Source: Candidatus Nanoarchaeia archaeon
GTDB lineage: Archaea; Nanobdellota; Nanobdellia; Pacearchaeales; GW2011-AR1
Reading direction: 5' to 3'
Length of the DNA: 64,000 bases
Assembly (NCBI GenBank): GCA_028718805.1
Contig: JAQUKY010000007.1
Coordinates: forward strand, 18,176-82,175
In this document: piece after piece, positions 10,845 to 21,162 of the stretch
Numbering within the stretch: position 1 is the stretch's first letter
How the letters are laid out: each line of letters begins with the position of its first letter
Made by a program: the position numbers and the translations under genes
The notes under the pieces: model-generated
Seen by the model: the letters and a program-made list of their open reading frames with translations, nothing else
What the model was told of the DNA's origin: nothing
Databases searched by the model: none

Positions 10845-11315
10845 ATGCCTCACATACATGATAAAGTTGACTTTACAGTGGAAGTTTTTATTGTTTATAA
10901 AAACAAAGTCCTCCTGCGCAAGCATGACAAATATAAAATGTGGTTAAGTGTAGGCGGGCATATTGAGCTGGATGAAGACCCAAATCAGGCAGCAGTCAGA
11001 GAAGTTAAAGAAGAAGTTGGATTGGATATAGAAATTTTCAGCAAAGACATCCCTTTATTTAATCTAAAAGATTACAAAGAATTAATACCCCCAAAATTTC
11101 TGGACAGGCACAGAATAAACCCTAACCATGAGCATGTTGTTTTAGTGTATTTTGCTAAATCTTTTACTGATAAGATTAAGCAGTCTGAAGATGAGTTAAG
11201 CGAAGAGTGTAAATGGTTTACTAAAGAAGAAATTGATAATCCATCATACGGAATTAAAGAAGATATAAGATTTTATGCTAAAAAAGCATTAGAAGAATTA
11301 GGTGTAAAAGATTAA
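10845..11315 (+). CDS. NUDIX hydrolase
   Basis: Nudix box GGHIELDEDPNQAAVREVKEEVGL, i.e. G-x5-E-x7-REVxEExGL. Confidence 0.7.
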   Translation: MPHIHDKVDFTVEVFIVYKNKVLLRKHDKYKMWLSVGGHIELDEDPNQAAVREVKEEVGLDIEIFSKDIPLFNLKDYKELIPPKFLDRHRINPNHEHVVLVYFAKSFTDKIKQSEDELSEECKWFTKEEIDNPSYGIKEDIRFYAKKALEELGVKD

Positions 11316-11451
11316 GTCTATGATAATAATCAGTAATGCCAAAATCTAAACGCTTAAGCAACTAAGAGCAAAACGGATAAGAACAGGAGATATAGAGATC
11401 AGAGGTTTATGTTTTAGAAAATGAATATTATCAAAAAATAAGAATAGATTT

Positions 11452-12021
11452 TTACCCGAACTTATCCAGTTCTGATTTTAATCTGATATATTCTTTGACT
11501 TTTCCAAGTCTCCTGTAGATTTCAAGCATTCTTCTTCTGACATCATTTCTTTCAGCGTCTGTAACAAAATGAACAAGTTTTTCATAAACTTTTAAGGCAG
11601 CAGAGCTTCTGTTTGATTTTTCAAAATTTGATGCCTCTTGCTTGTAAAACGTAACCATATTTCTTTTTATTTGAAATTTTTCTTGCTCATCAACAAGAGC
11701 CATCGCTTTTTTATATAAATAATCAGCAGGATCATACTGACCCGCCTTGGCTAATAATTCTGCTTCCTTAACAATAGCCTCTACTTTCTCTTTAGAACCG
11801 ATGCATAATTCCCCGAACTTTGCGATATATTTTGCAGCTTCTGGGTACATTATCTTCTTTTCATACAGTTCTGAAAGTTTTTTATAACAATACTTAGAGA
11901 CATTAATATCAGGAACAGCTTTTAAGCAGGATTCCAAATATTCCATTTTTAAAAAATCAGACATAGTGTTAGCCTTTGCCTCTATTTCTTCTCTTTTTTT
12001 TTCTAGGACTTGCATGAACAA
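11452..12021 (-). CDS. hypothetical alpha-helical protein
   Basis: ORF only. Helical and TPR-like in character, with no diagnostic motif. Confidence 0.35.
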   Translation of the reverse strand: MFMQVLEKKREEIEAKANTMSDFLKMEYLESCLKAVPDINVSKYCYKKLSELYEKKIMYPEAAKYIAKFGELCIGSKEKVEAIVKEAELLAKAGQYDPADYLYKKAMALVDEQEKFQIKRNMVTFYKQEASNFEKSNRSSAALKVYEKLVHFVTDAERNDVRRRMLEIYRRLGKVKEYIRLKSELDKFG

Positions 12022-12140
12022 ATGATTAATATCATATTTTTAAGCTTTGTTATGATTGTTTATATCATATTTTTACATCAGAAATATATAAACTTAAGAT
12101 AATGCTAAATAGAGCAGCTTAATCTTCCTAATCCAATATT

Positions 12141-12306
12141 AAATAAAAAGAAATCCACATCATTTATGATGTGGTGCTGATAATCGCTAATGCTGTGATT
12201 TAAACGCTTGTGGAAGCAGGTTCAATAAATTGAAGTCCACAGGGCAAAGCGGATAAGAGTAAAGATATAAGGAAGCCCACGCATTTATGCGTGGGAGGAT
12301 GTCACA
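12141..12306 (+). repeat. copy 1 of a ~165-nt structured intergenic repeat, carrying two 9-bp stem hairpins (CCACATCAT/ATGATGTGG and CCCACGCAT/ATGCGTGGG)
   Basis: Near-identical to the copies at 29313, 32069 and 63171. It has no coding capacity on either strand. Confidence 0.8.
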
Positions 12307-12441
12307 ATCGTTTATTGCATTACCAATATAACTTCTCCAAACAATTTAAAAACCTATTTCTGCTATTATAGAAAACTAAAGGTTAAATAAATAGGCTTCA
12401 AAAGGAGATTGAGGCCTTAAAGAACCTTGGTTCTTTAAGCT

Positions 12442-13371
12442 ATGAAACACAATTTAAAAATAACTGTTATTCTGATATTATTGTTTCTTATTACTCAGAT
12501 AATAGGGTTATTTGTTGTTAATTTTTATCAAAGTTCACAGATTCCATATGGAATGGAACCTCCATCAGATATTAACCCTCAAACTTCAATAATTTCAATA
12601 CTTTTTGCTTTTGCTTTGGCAATTACTTTATTTTTTATATTAACAAGGATAAATGCTGAAAAGTTTATCAGGCTTTGGTTTTTTGCAGTTACTGTAATAG
12701 CGATTGGTTTAACAATTAATTTTGTTATTATCTCTATTCTTAAAAATCCGCCAAACCCTTATGAATATCTGAGCATTATTGCTTTAATACTTGCAATACC
12801 TTTAGCATATTTTAAAATATTCAGAAAAAATATTTTGATTCATAATTTTACAGAGTTATTAATATACCCAGGAATTGCAGCTGTTTTTGTTCCTATCTTA
12901 AATGTTTTAGGGATAATCCTCCTTCTTTTGGCTATTTCTCTGTATGATATATGGGCAGTTTGGCATTCAAAATTTATGCAGAATATGGCAAAATATCAGA
13001 TTGATAAGTTAAAATTTTTCACAGGATTTTTTATTCCCTATGCTGGAAGTGAAATGAAAAATAAGATAAAATTATTAAAGCAGAAATATAAAAATAAATC
13101 TGGGAGAGTAAGGGAAGCAGCATTTGCAAAAGCAAAAATAAAAATTAATTTGGCTATTTTAGGCGGGGGGGACATTGTATTCCCGATAATCACAGCAGGA
13201 GTATTCTTTAAATATGCAGGATTAATTCCTGCATTGATAATAACAGTTTCAGCAACAATAGGTTTGTTATTCTTATTTATCTTAGCAAGAAAAGGTAAGT
13301 TTTATCCTGCAATGCCCTTTTTAACAATTGCAATGTATTTAGGAATGATGCTCAGCTGGCTGATATTTTGA
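12442..13371 (+). CDS. presenilin/signal-peptide-peptidase homologue (A22 intramembrane aspartyl protease)
   Basis: Polytopic membrane protein with the YD motif (LSLYDIW), the GxGD motif (LGGGDIVFP) and a PAL motif (IPALII) in the expected order. Confidence 0.7.
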   Translation: MKHNLKITVILILLFLITQIIGLFVVNFYQSSQIPYGMEPPSDINPQTSIISILFAFALAITLFFILTRINAEKFIRLWFFAVTVIAIGLTINFVIISILKNPPNPYEYLSIIALILAIPLAYFKIFRKNILIHNFTELLIYPGIAAVFVPILNVLGIILLLLAISLYDIWAVWHSKFMQNMAKYQIDKLKFFTGFFIPYAGSEMKNKIKLLKQKYKNKSGRVREAAFAKAKIKINLAILGGGDIVFPIITAGVFFKYAGLIPALIITVSATIGLLFLFILARKGKFYPAMPFLTIAMYLGMMLSWLIF

Positions 13372-13689
13372 ATATCCGCATTCTATTAAAACTCTGTCAA
13401 CTAAATCTTTTCCTTTTTGGGCATTTCTTAGTATTTTAGGATTAGCATATTTTAAATATTCTATATAGTCCTGTTCTATTAAAGGGGTTATAACATCTCT
13501 TGTAAATTGCCCCTCATTTTTAATTCCAACATTTTCTTTCAATTCTCGTCTCGGCAATTTCCCCCTAGAATAAAGCTCCATCAATGCTATGGCTCTGTAC
13601 ATTGTCAATCCTTCTTTTTTAAAAGCTCTTGCAATTTTTGTTCCTGTTTTTAGATATCTTAATGAATCTCTGACATTTATTTCTTTCAT
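13339..13689 (-). CDS. hypothetical protein, possibly a winged-helix DNA-binding protein
   Basis: ORF only, with a weak wHTH-like pattern. Confidence 0.3.
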   Translation of the reverse strand: MKEINVRDSLRYLKTGTKIARAFKKEGLTMYRAIALMELYSRGKLPRRELKENVGIKNEGQFTRDVITPLIEQDYIEYLKYANPKILRNAQKGKDLVDRVLIECGYSKYQPAEHHS

Positions 13690-13743
13690 TTTATGGAAAT
13701 TTTTTTAAAATTTACATGATTGAAAATTTCATAAATTTTCATT

Positions 13744-14130
13744 TTACGGATATTTAAAATCTCTGCCTGGTAGGAGAATCTCATTTCTCTTATGATGCTT
13801 TCTTGCCCGCATTTCCTCTTCTTTTCTTCTATTAAAATCATCCACAATCCATTGCAAGTCTCTTTTTTCGGGCAGTGGCCTGATTATTCCCAAAGGCAAA
13901 GGCAATTCTGTTGGGCTATCATTATTGATAGATGCCTGAGAGCAGTTCATATCATAGACTATTGAAGGCATAATATATGCATAGCCATTATCTTTATCAA
14001 TTTGTCTTAAAACCCCCCAAACAGAAGCTCCGTTGAAGGTGCTAAAACATTTAGGTTCGCCATTTATATGTGAATCCCATGGAGATTCTTGTAAATTAAA
14101 ATTTCCAAAGTTTCGGTTGTTGTCATCCAT
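13744..14130 (-). CDS. hypothetical protein
   Basis: ORF adjacent to the signal peptidase gene with a 2-nt gap, suggesting an operon. Confidence 0.3.
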   Translation of the reverse strand: MDDNNRNFGNFNLQESPWDSHINGEPKCFSTFNGASVWGVLRQIDKDNGYAYIMPSIVYDMNCSQASINNDSPTELPLPLGIIRPLPEKRDLQWIVDDFNRRKEEEMRARKHHKRNEILLPGRDFKYP

Positions 14131-14131
14131 T

Positions 14132-14626
14132 TTACCAGATAATTCCGATTGTAATAAATTTTATATCTTTAAATCTTATTTTTCCGTCATTTATAGAGTT
14201 ATTGTCCCCTTTTGTTGTGAAATAAGTTCCTTCACTATCTGTTCCTATATTTACAACTCTATGAACAATCAACATATTATCTTGTTTAAATGTTATTATA
14301 TCCCCTATATGAATATCTGCTTCAGATTTTGGAACAATTCTTATTCCATTGCTTCCTTCATCTAAAACAGGTAGCATACTTCCAGTAGCAGCATATCTGC
14401 TTATACTTGCATTTTCAACATTAATTATGATTTTATCATCATAAATCTGTATTTGATTTTCTTTCACAAAATCAAAAGGAGCAGAATTATTTCCTGAAGA
14501 AAACGAAAAGTTAGTAAATGAAAAGGGAATTTCACTTCCATAAATCAAGAATAATCCTGCGATGTTGGCGCTAAGAAAACCCAAAAGAAATATAATGCTT
14601 ACCTTGATTAACTTTTCAATGTTCAT
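14132..14626 (-). CDS. signal peptidase I (S26, Sec11/SipW type)
   Basis: N-terminal TM anchor. Box B is GSMLP (catalytic Ser), box D is GDIITF, the catalytic His lies in LIVHRV, and box E is KGDNNS. Confidence 0.7.
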   Translation of the reverse strand: MNIEKLIKVSIIFLLGFLSANIAGLFLIYGSEIPFSFTNFSFSSGNNSAPFDFVKENQIQIYDDKIIINVENASISRYAATGSMLPVLDEGSNGIRIVPKSEADIHIGDIITFKQDNMLIVHRVVNIGTDSEGTYFTTKGDNNSINDGKIRFKDIKFITIGIIW

Positions 14627-14922
14627 TTTTTTCTTTTGTGAATATTTATCTCATATAAATCCCCTTTGTTATCTTTATAAGAAGCGGTAAAACCAGATTT
14701 AGTAACAACAAGGTACTGTGGAGAATCTCCTAGAGACCGAGACTTTGTTGCATTTCTATAAGGAACATCTTTCATTATACTAGTTATAGCTTCTGCAGAG
14801 AGAACTATACTCCTAAGATTTTTTCTAATTCTGATTCTTCTTTGTTCTGTTGTTCTATTCTTTGTCATTTTACTACCAAAATATGATACTTTTGCCTTAT
14901 AAATCTTACTGTTTTGTACCAA
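14623..14922 (-). CDS. hypothetical basic protein
   Basis: ORF overlapping the signal peptidase start by 4 nt. Confidence 0.3.
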   Translation of the reverse strand: MVQNSKIYKAKVSYFGSKMTKNRTTEQRRIRIRKNLRSIVLSAEAITSIMKDVPYRNATKSRSLGDSPQYLVVTKSGFTASYKDNKGDLYEINIHKRKK

Positions 14923-15016
14923 TTACATAGTGATAACAAAAGCAAAAGATTTATAAAGGCTTTTTTATTACTTATTTTAGGTGATTTTTAGAGGTTTTAA
15001 AACATATTAAAATAAA

Positions 15017-15433
15017 ATGGATAATCAGACAATAGAAACCAATCAGATTTATAATGCATTTAAGGAAGCAGGTTTAGAAAGTGAAGCAAGGAAATTATCA
15101 ACAACCAAAAATCAAGAAGTAGTTCCTGCAATAGGACGTTATATTGTGTTAATGGAGTCTGCCTTAGAAGAAAGAGCAGATGGTGATGGTCTTCTCGATA
15201 TAGTAGATACTGATGATTCAGGTTTAGAGAGCGAGGACTCAAAAAGGCACAGAGAACTGGCAAATTCCAAATATAATGAAGCAAAAGAGGGTATCTTGGA
15301 TTATTTTAGAAGCTCTGATTATCAGATAGCAATTACAAATCTTATGAGTAAAGATAAATTACGTAAAAACGAAGATTTTTATCAGTTTGAAAATACTGTT
15401 AAAAAACTTATGGAAGTAGAAAATGATAATTAA
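15017..15433 (+). CDS. hypothetical acidic protein
   Basis: ORF overlapping the TrmB gene start, suggesting an operon. Confidence 0.35.
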   Translation: MDNQTIETNQIYNAFKEAGLESEARKLSTTKNQEVVPAIGRYIVLMESALEERADGDGLLDIVDTDDSGLESEDSKRHRELANSKYNEAKEGILDYFRSSDYQIAITNLMSKDKLRKNEDFYQFENTVKKLMEVENDN

Positions 15434-16199
15434 AAACGAACTTGTAAAACAAATAAAGGAATATTTTGGCCTGAATATTTATGAAACTAAAGTCTGGCTT
15501 TCTTTGCTTGGAAAAGGTGTTGCCTCTGCTGGAGAGATAGCAGAGATTTCAGGAGTTCCAAGAAGCAGAACCTATGATGTTCTTGAATCTTTGGAAAAAC
15601 AGGGTTTTGCAATAATAAAATTGGGAAAACCAGTTAAGTATATTGCAGTAAAGCCAAATATAATTATTGAAAAATTAAAATCAAATGCAGTAAAAAATGC
15701 AGATGAAAAAGTTAAGACTCTGGCAAAATTAAGAGATACTTCTGAATATCATGAATTAGAACAGTTGTATACAGTGGGAATACTTCCTGTAAGGCATGAA
15801 GATGTTTCAGGAGCAATAAAAGGGAAGTCAACAATATACAATCATATAAAAGATGTTTTGGAAAATGCAAAAAAAGAAGTGCTTATTTGCACCAGTGTTG
15901 ATGAACTAAAAAACAAATCAAGATTTTTCTCTTCAATTTTTGAAAGATTAAGCAAAAACGGCATTAAGATAAAAATAGCTTTATCTGGTGATGAGAGAGA
16001 AATTAGAAAAATAAACAGCAAGCACAAGTTAAAAGCAAAACACATAGATATTGATGCAAAGTTTTTTATTGCAGATAATAATCAGGTTTTATTTGCAATT
16101 TCAAATGGAAATTCTCCTGAAGAAGAATTAGCTGTCTGGCTTAATACCCCTTTCTTTACATCGGCTCTTGCTTATTTATTTGAAGAAGCGGTTAAGTAA
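15423..16199 (+). CDS. TrmB-family transcriptional regulator
   Basis: N-terminal wHTH (IAEISGVPRSRTYDVLESLEKQGF) and a TrmB-like C-terminal domain. Confidence 0.6.
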   Translation: MIIKNELVKQIKEYFGLNIYETKVWLSLLGKGVASAGEIAEISGVPRSRTYDVLESLEKQGFAIIKLGKPVKYIAVKPNIIIEKLKSNAVKNADEKVKTLAKLRDTSEYHELEQLYTVGILPVRHEDVSGAIKGKSTIYNHIKDVLENAKKEVLICTSVDELKNKSRFFSSIFERLSKNGIKIKIALSGDEREIRKINSKHKLKAKHIDIDAKFFIADNNQVLFAISNGNSPEEELAVWLNTPFFTSALAYLFEEAVK

Positions 16200-16275
16200 G
16201 ACAACAGAAAGAGGTATTAAAGATTTCTAAACAAAAAGATTTTTAAATGAAAAAGTTAGTTCTAGTATAATAAAA

Positions 16276-16629
16276 ATGGCAAATATAACAAAAAACAAAA
16301 TATTGCGTGAAAAAATTAGAAACAGCTCCAGTGTCGGAGCCAATAAGTTACACCGTTCTGTAAGAGGATACTATCATTCTTTAAGTGAAAAATTTGATGA
16401 TTTTGTTTTTATGCATATTGAAAGAGCAACAAATGGATTTAGAAGACTAACTTTAGCTGAACAATTAAATGAACTATCAGCAATAAGGCCTACAATAGAA
16501 AAAATCGCAGACTTAGATAATCCAAATCATCCCCATATCGGGGTTGCAAGAGAATTAGCAGAAGAAACTTTTTATACAATTAGGGATATATATTACCCTG
16601 CTTTAAAATATCCTAGTTTACTTATGTGA
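16276..16629 (+). CDS. hypothetical protein
   Basis: ORF only. Confidence 0.3.
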   Translation: MANITKNKILREKIRNSSSVGANKLHRSVRGYYHSLSEKFDDFVFMHIERATNGFRRLTLAEQLNELSAIRPTIEKIADLDNPNHPHIGVARELAEETFYTIRDIYYPALKYPSLLM

Positions 16630-17880
16630 TTCAATCTTCTTCACACTCATTTCTTTAATTATGCTTTTTTCCTTGGTTTTAAACATTTTAATAAACTCTT
16701 TAAAACTTAAATCATGCTTAATCTTTGCATAGGCAATATGATTTTTAATAAATGCATTTTTATGTACTTTTTTAAATCTGGTCAGGTTATTAGTATTAGT
16801 TACAGGGGGGCCTTTAATTATCTCATCTTTCTTCTTGTCTGAAACAAAATAGAAATAAGCAGTATTTTTATTATCATCATACTCAAACTCCTTTAACTTG
16901 ACCATAAATTCCCTTTCTAATTTTGATACAAAAAATTCAAAGAATTTTTTGCTTTTGCTTCCTGCAATATCTCCCGGTTGTTTGTCTGTCCTGACTTCAA
17001 CAATTTTTAAACCTTTTCCATATTTGTTGCTAAGCTCTTCTTTGGTATTTTTCTGAATAAAGAATTTTTCATTTGGATTTTTTAAGAATTTAGTGCAGAT
17101 TTCTTTAAACTTTCCAAAAGTCTCATTGCTTAATCCTGCGAGGGCATTTCTTTCTTTGAAAGTAGGGTCTATCAAAATAATCGGGCTTTGGGTTTTTGAT
17201 TCATTTAACTCTCTTAAAACCTCATTTTTATTTTTGTAAAATTTTTTATCATCTATGACTATTTTGCCCTTGCTGTTTATAGCAACTTGTTTCAGGAAAT
17301 TCAAAAAACTTCCATAATGGCATATTAATAATTCCAGGCTATACCCAGAAAATCCGTGAATATAGCTCTCTGCTCCATAGCAGTTTTGTGCATGGCAGAA
17401 TGTCTTTGCTAAAAGGATATCTTCTGCAAGTTTATTATTTTTTAATTTCTTTTTGATATAATTAACATGAAAATAAGATAAATCAGTTATATTTCTTGCT
17501 TCATTAATCCTTTTTATCTTTAAGACAGGTATTACCTCTAATATAATCCCCCTTACTATTATTTTGTAATAATCTCTTGAACCATGAATTCTTTTGGCCT
17601 TTCCATTTAATGCTTTTCCAAGCATATTTGAAATCTCATTATCCTCATATTTTTTATCAAACCTGACAAAAACATCAACATCATATTTATTCTTTTTTAT
17701 CAAAGTTCCTTTAGACAAACTTCCCCCAACAAAGACTTCTGCGCGGAAGTTTTTGGATTTCAATTTTTTTTCTAAATTTTTGATGAAATCATTTGTTGTG
17801 GCTTTAATCTCACTTAAAGTATTTCTGTCTGGCTTTATCTGTTCAATCTGCTGTTTAAGAATTTGATTAATGTTTTTCAT
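16618..17880 (-). CDS. cca: CCA-adding tRNA nucleotidyltransferase, archaeal class I
   Basis: Pol-beta nucleotidyltransferase motifs GGSLSKGT and DVDVFV. The archaeal CCA-specific GFSGYSLELL motif is present. Length 420 aa. Confidence 0.75.
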   Translation of the reverse strand: MKNINQILKQQIEQIKPDRNTLSEIKATTNDFIKNLEKKLKSKNFRAEVFVGGSLSKGTLIKKNKYDVDVFVRFDKKYEDNEISNMLGKALNGKAKRIHGSRDYYKIIVRGIILEVIPVLKIKRINEARNITDLSYFHVNYIKKKLKNNKLAEDILLAKTFCHAQNCYGAESYIHGFSGYSLELLICHYGSFLNFLKQVAINSKGKIVIDDKKFYKNKNEVLRELNESKTQSPIILIDPTFKERNALAGLSNETFGKFKEICTKFLKNPNEKFFIQKNTKEELSNKYGKGLKIVEVRTDKQPGDIAGSKSKKFFEFFVSKLEREFMVKLKEFEYDDNKNTAYFYFVSDKKKDEIIKGPPVTNTNNLTRFKKVHKNAFIKNHIAYAKIKHDLSFKEFIKMFKTKEKSIIKEMSVKKIESHK

Positions 17881-17927
17881 TTTTGTTTACATAATAAATA
17901 TAGAATTATCTTATTTAAAATATACTA

Positions 17928-18203
17928 TTAAAGGTATTCAAGGCTTTGCTTTTTAACAGTAATATATCCTTTGTCCCCTGGAGCTTCAAGCATTCTGCCA
18001 GGAAGCTTAATCAATGCTAATTCATCTTTTTCCTCTATGATTGTCACTAGCAATCCTTTGTCTTTTATGTATTCTTTTATATATTCGTCTTCAAAAAATC
18101 CGGAAGTTTCTGTGCCATCATAAGTGGTTACTTGCACTGCTTTTTCACAGGAAAACTGCCCTTTGCTTATTCTAACTGTTTTTAAATATGCTTTTTTATA
18201 CAT
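17928..18203 (-). CDS. hypothetical 91-aa protein, overlapping the end of the upstream radical SAM gene by 8 nt (downstream of it on the minus strand)
   Basis: ORF with the overlap suggesting translational coupling. Confidence 0.4.
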   Translation of the reverse strand: MYKKAYLKTVRISKGQFSCEKAVQVTTYDGTETSGFFEDEYIKEYIKDKGLLVTIIEEKDELALIKLPGRMLEAPGDKGYITVKKQSLEYL

Positions 18204-19059
18204 TTTTCCTCTTTAAAATAATCTTAGACATAAGGCACGCATTATTTTGCTGGCAGTTTCTTTTGTTGAATTCATAATCTTTCTGGAATTTTAGGTTAAC
18301 AACATCATAAGGGCACTGGATAATTTTTCCTCCGATAAGATAATTTGCAAATCTGCATTTGGTATCAGGCAGAGTTTTTGTGCTCTCAAAAACCCCTCTT
18401 TTTGATATATGAATGTTCATATTTCCCTCATATTTCTCAAGAAATTTGTGCACTAATTCCTTATATTTTAAAACCGGCATTGTTATTGCAGTATCATCAA
18501 AAAATTCCTGTCTTGGATTATCTAATTCCCTTATACTTGAGATAAAAAATGTTTTGCAGTTATAATTTTTTTCAACATGATTTGCGCTTAAAATAAGCTC
18601 GTCCAGATCTGTATCTTTTGAAACCATAAAATTTGCATCAAAAGCAAGGCTTGTCTTTGGCAAGCTACAGGCACTTTTTGTTTTTCCCTTATAGCTGTAA
18701 ATAGAGACTCTTAACTTTGCACTCTTAATATCTTCAGGCTTGTATTCTCCAATAAAATACCCATTAGTGTAAATGGTGGTCTTTATTTTATTTTCATCAT
18801 TAATCTGCAATATTTCTTTTAATTTTGGATGAAGCAAGGGCTCTCCACCAAGCAAGTTAATCTGATTTCCTCCTTTTTTCAAAAACTCTCCTATTACTAA
18901 CTGATACTCTCCTAATGTTATATCACAATTATTTTCCTTTATTGCATTTCTGGCAAAACACCCTTCACAATGCAAATTGCACTTATTTGTCATAAAAACC
19001 TGAAGAGTATTTCTTCTTTCTAAAGGAACTTCCTCATATTTATCCCATGGAAACCTCAT
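18196..19059 (-). CDS. radical SAM enzyme with a C-terminal Cys cluster
   Basis: CNLHCEGC is a CxxxCxxC motif. A GGEPLLHP motif is present. Extra C-terminal Cys residues (CRFANYLIGGKIIQCPYD...C...C) resemble a twitch/SPASM-like domain. Confidence 0.7.
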   Translation of the reverse strand: MRFPWDKYEEVPLERRNTLQVFMTNKCNLHCEGCFARNAIKENNCDITLGEYQLVIGEFLKKGGNQINLLGGEPLLHPKLKEILQINDENKIKTTIYTNGYFIGEYKPEDIKSAKLRVSIYSYKGKTKSACSLPKTSLAFDANFMVSKDTDLDELILSANHVEKNYNCKTFFISSIRELDNPRQEFFDDTAITMPVLKYKELVHKFLEKYEGNMNIHISKRGVFESTKTLPDTKCRFANYLIGGKIIQCPYDVVNLKFQKDYEFNKRNCQQNNACLMSKIILKRKNV

Positions 19060-19083
19060 TTTTTTATCACCATTTTGTATTGT

Positions 19084-19536
19084 TTAAATTATTTTTTCTA
19101 AAGTTTTTTTAGCTAAATATCTCCCAAGAGGTTTTTTTAATGAAGAATAAAATGCTTTTCTTAATTCATCTGCGGTAATATGATAATTATTAAAATGATT
19201 TATAATCTCTAAAGCAGCCTCTCTTGCCCCATATCCTTGGTCATTATCGCAAAAATTCTTTCCATCAAATACAAATTTTTTGCCTTTTTTTGAAATATAA
19301 ACATGAAAAGTTTCGTCTTGGGCTATAAACCCCCAAGCAATATATAATATTTTTTCAGGAGATTTATCTTTTTCATCCTCTTTCCATACTTCTTCATCAT
19401 CCCATAAATAAGAATATTCGTTTGAAACCTTTAATATCTCCTTAAATACCTTAGTTAATTCAATCAAATCCCTATCTCTTTTTTGCATAATAGTCGCTTT
19501 GATTAGTTCAGCCATATCCTCACTTCTTTTTGTCAT
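19084..19536 (-). CDS. hypothetical protein
   Basis: ORF only. Confidence 0.35.
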   Translation of the reverse strand: MTKRSEDMAELIKATIMQKRDRDLIELTKVFKEILKVSNEYSYLWDDEEVWKEDEKDKSPEKILYIAWGFIAQDETFHVYISKKGKKFVFDGKNFCDNDQGYGAREAALEIINHFNNYHITADELRKAFYSSLKKPLGRYLAKKTLEKII

Positions 19537-19605
19537 AACAAAGAATTATCCCAAAAATCTTATTAACCTATTGTTTAATAAAAAATAAACCAAAAAGTTT
19601 ATAAA

Positions 19606-20466
19606 ATGTTATATCATATTTACTTTATGACCTTTGAAATTTTGATGCCGGAGATAGACAACAACCCAAAAAATACTAAAGATGCAGTTATAAGCATGCT
19701 AGTAACTGAATGGCCATTAACCTTAAGGAATATTTTTTACAGGATAAAAAAGCAATATGGGTATTCTGCCACATATCAGTCAGTTTATAAGGCTGTTAAG
19801 GAGCTGTGTGATAAAAAAGTTTTGATTGAAAAAGATAAAAAATACGAGATAAATGTCGGCTGGATTAAGAAAGTCCAGTCCTTCACGGATATTGTCGAAA
19901 CTAACTACTATGCAAAGCAAAAACTGCAGAATTTTTCAGGCGTAAAAGAATCCAAATCAGGGGATAATTTAATAATTTTAAATTTTGAAACTGTTTTTGA
20001 TGCAGAAAAATATCTTTATTATTTTATGAAAACAGAATTATTTAAAAAAAAGAATGACAAGGTATGTTTTCAGCTGACTAATGAATGGAGGCCTTTATAT
20101 TATCTGAGGGCAGAGTATAATTATTATAAAAGATTGATTAAAAGAGGGCATAAATTTTATTTTGTATGTTCGGGGCAGTCCGAAATAGAAAAACAAGCAA
20201 GAGATTTTTATAATTCAATAAAAATTAATTATAAAATAATTAATGAGAATTTTCCAAATGATACCTTGATTTTTCAGGATTTTTTCATTCAGATATTCAT
20301 TCCTGAACAATTAAAGATAAAAATGCAAAAATACCTTAAGGGCAATAATAAACTAGAGTTATTAAAAGAGGTTTTGGAAATGAATTCTTCCATAAGGGTT
20401 GTGATTAACAAAGATAAAGACTTGGCAGATGAAGTTCGAAAACAAATCATAAAGAAATTTGTATGA
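19606..20466 (+). CDS. hypothetical protein with an N-terminal wHTH-like region
   Basis: ORF only. The start may be the internal Met at residue 14. Confidence 0.35.
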   Translation: MLYHIYFMTFEILMPEIDNNPKNTKDAVISMLVTEWPLTLRNIFYRIKKQYGYSATYQSVYKAVKELCDKKVLIEKDKKYEINVGWIKKVQSFTDIVETNYYAKQKLQNFSGVKESKSGDNLIILNFETVFDAEKYLYYFMKTELFKKKNDKVCFQLTNEWRPLYYLRAEYNYYKRLIKRGHKFYFVCSGQSEIEKQARDFYNSIKINYKIINENFPNDTLIFQDFFIQIFIPEQLKIKMQKYLKGNNKLELLKEVLEMNSSIRVVINKDKDLADEVRKQIIKKFV

Positions 20467-20564
20467 ATTGCTTTTTTTATCTATGATTTATCAAACGATT
20501 TAAGCTTGGATTTCTATGCTCCCCTAAGTTTTGTATATTATGGATATAGTAAATATAATTAAGC

Positions 20565-21014
20565 CTAGCCTTTATTCTCTTCAGCGTCTTTTGAGAATTG
20601 TGGCATTGCGTTAGGGTCTCTGATTTTTTTGTCGATTTCTTCTTGGCTAACCTTAAGGGAAGCAGCCAAATCAATTATATATTTTCCTTCTTCTAATTTG
20701 TAGATGAGAGGTCTTTTTTTAGAGAAAAGATTAACAATATCAATTTCAAATTTGCCAGGCCTTATTACTTTTATAGATTCTAAATCTAAGATAACAGGTT
20801 TTTCAGGTTCTTTTTCCAATCCAGTTATCTCCCTAATATCTCTTTCAATCTGGGTTTTATCAGATTTTTCTAATTCAACAATAGTATCTTTAACCTCTTC
20901 AGTAGGCATGTCTTTAATGTAGTAGAAAAAATGGCTTCCACAGCTGCACCCTTCTAATATTTCTTTGGCAGCATCAGGAAATATGTTCCCGCAATGAACG
21001 CATTGGTGAGGCAT
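20565..21014 (-). CDS. Zn-ribbon protein (archaeal DUF2072-like)
   Basis: CVHCGNIF...CSCGSHFF four-Cys ribbon at the N-terminus. Conserved neighbourhood with the GTPase below. Confidence 0.4.
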   Translation of the reverse strand: MPHQCVHCGNIFPDAAKEILEGCSCGSHFFYYIKDMPTEEVKDTIVELEKSDKTQIERDIREITGLEKEPEKPVILDLESIKVIRPGKFEIDIVNLFSKKRPLIYKLEEGKYIIDLAASLKVSQEEIDKKIRDPNAMPQFSKDAEENKG

Positions 21015-21162
21015 CTTATTATTTTAGTATCTTTCTTTTATGTTTAATTGAAAATAATGAGGAGACATTGGCATTTTTAAATTTTTAGGTATTTTATTAC
21101 CAAATTTTTGTTATTCTCCTATAAACAAACACATAGAATATATAAAGATTATTAGTCTAAAA

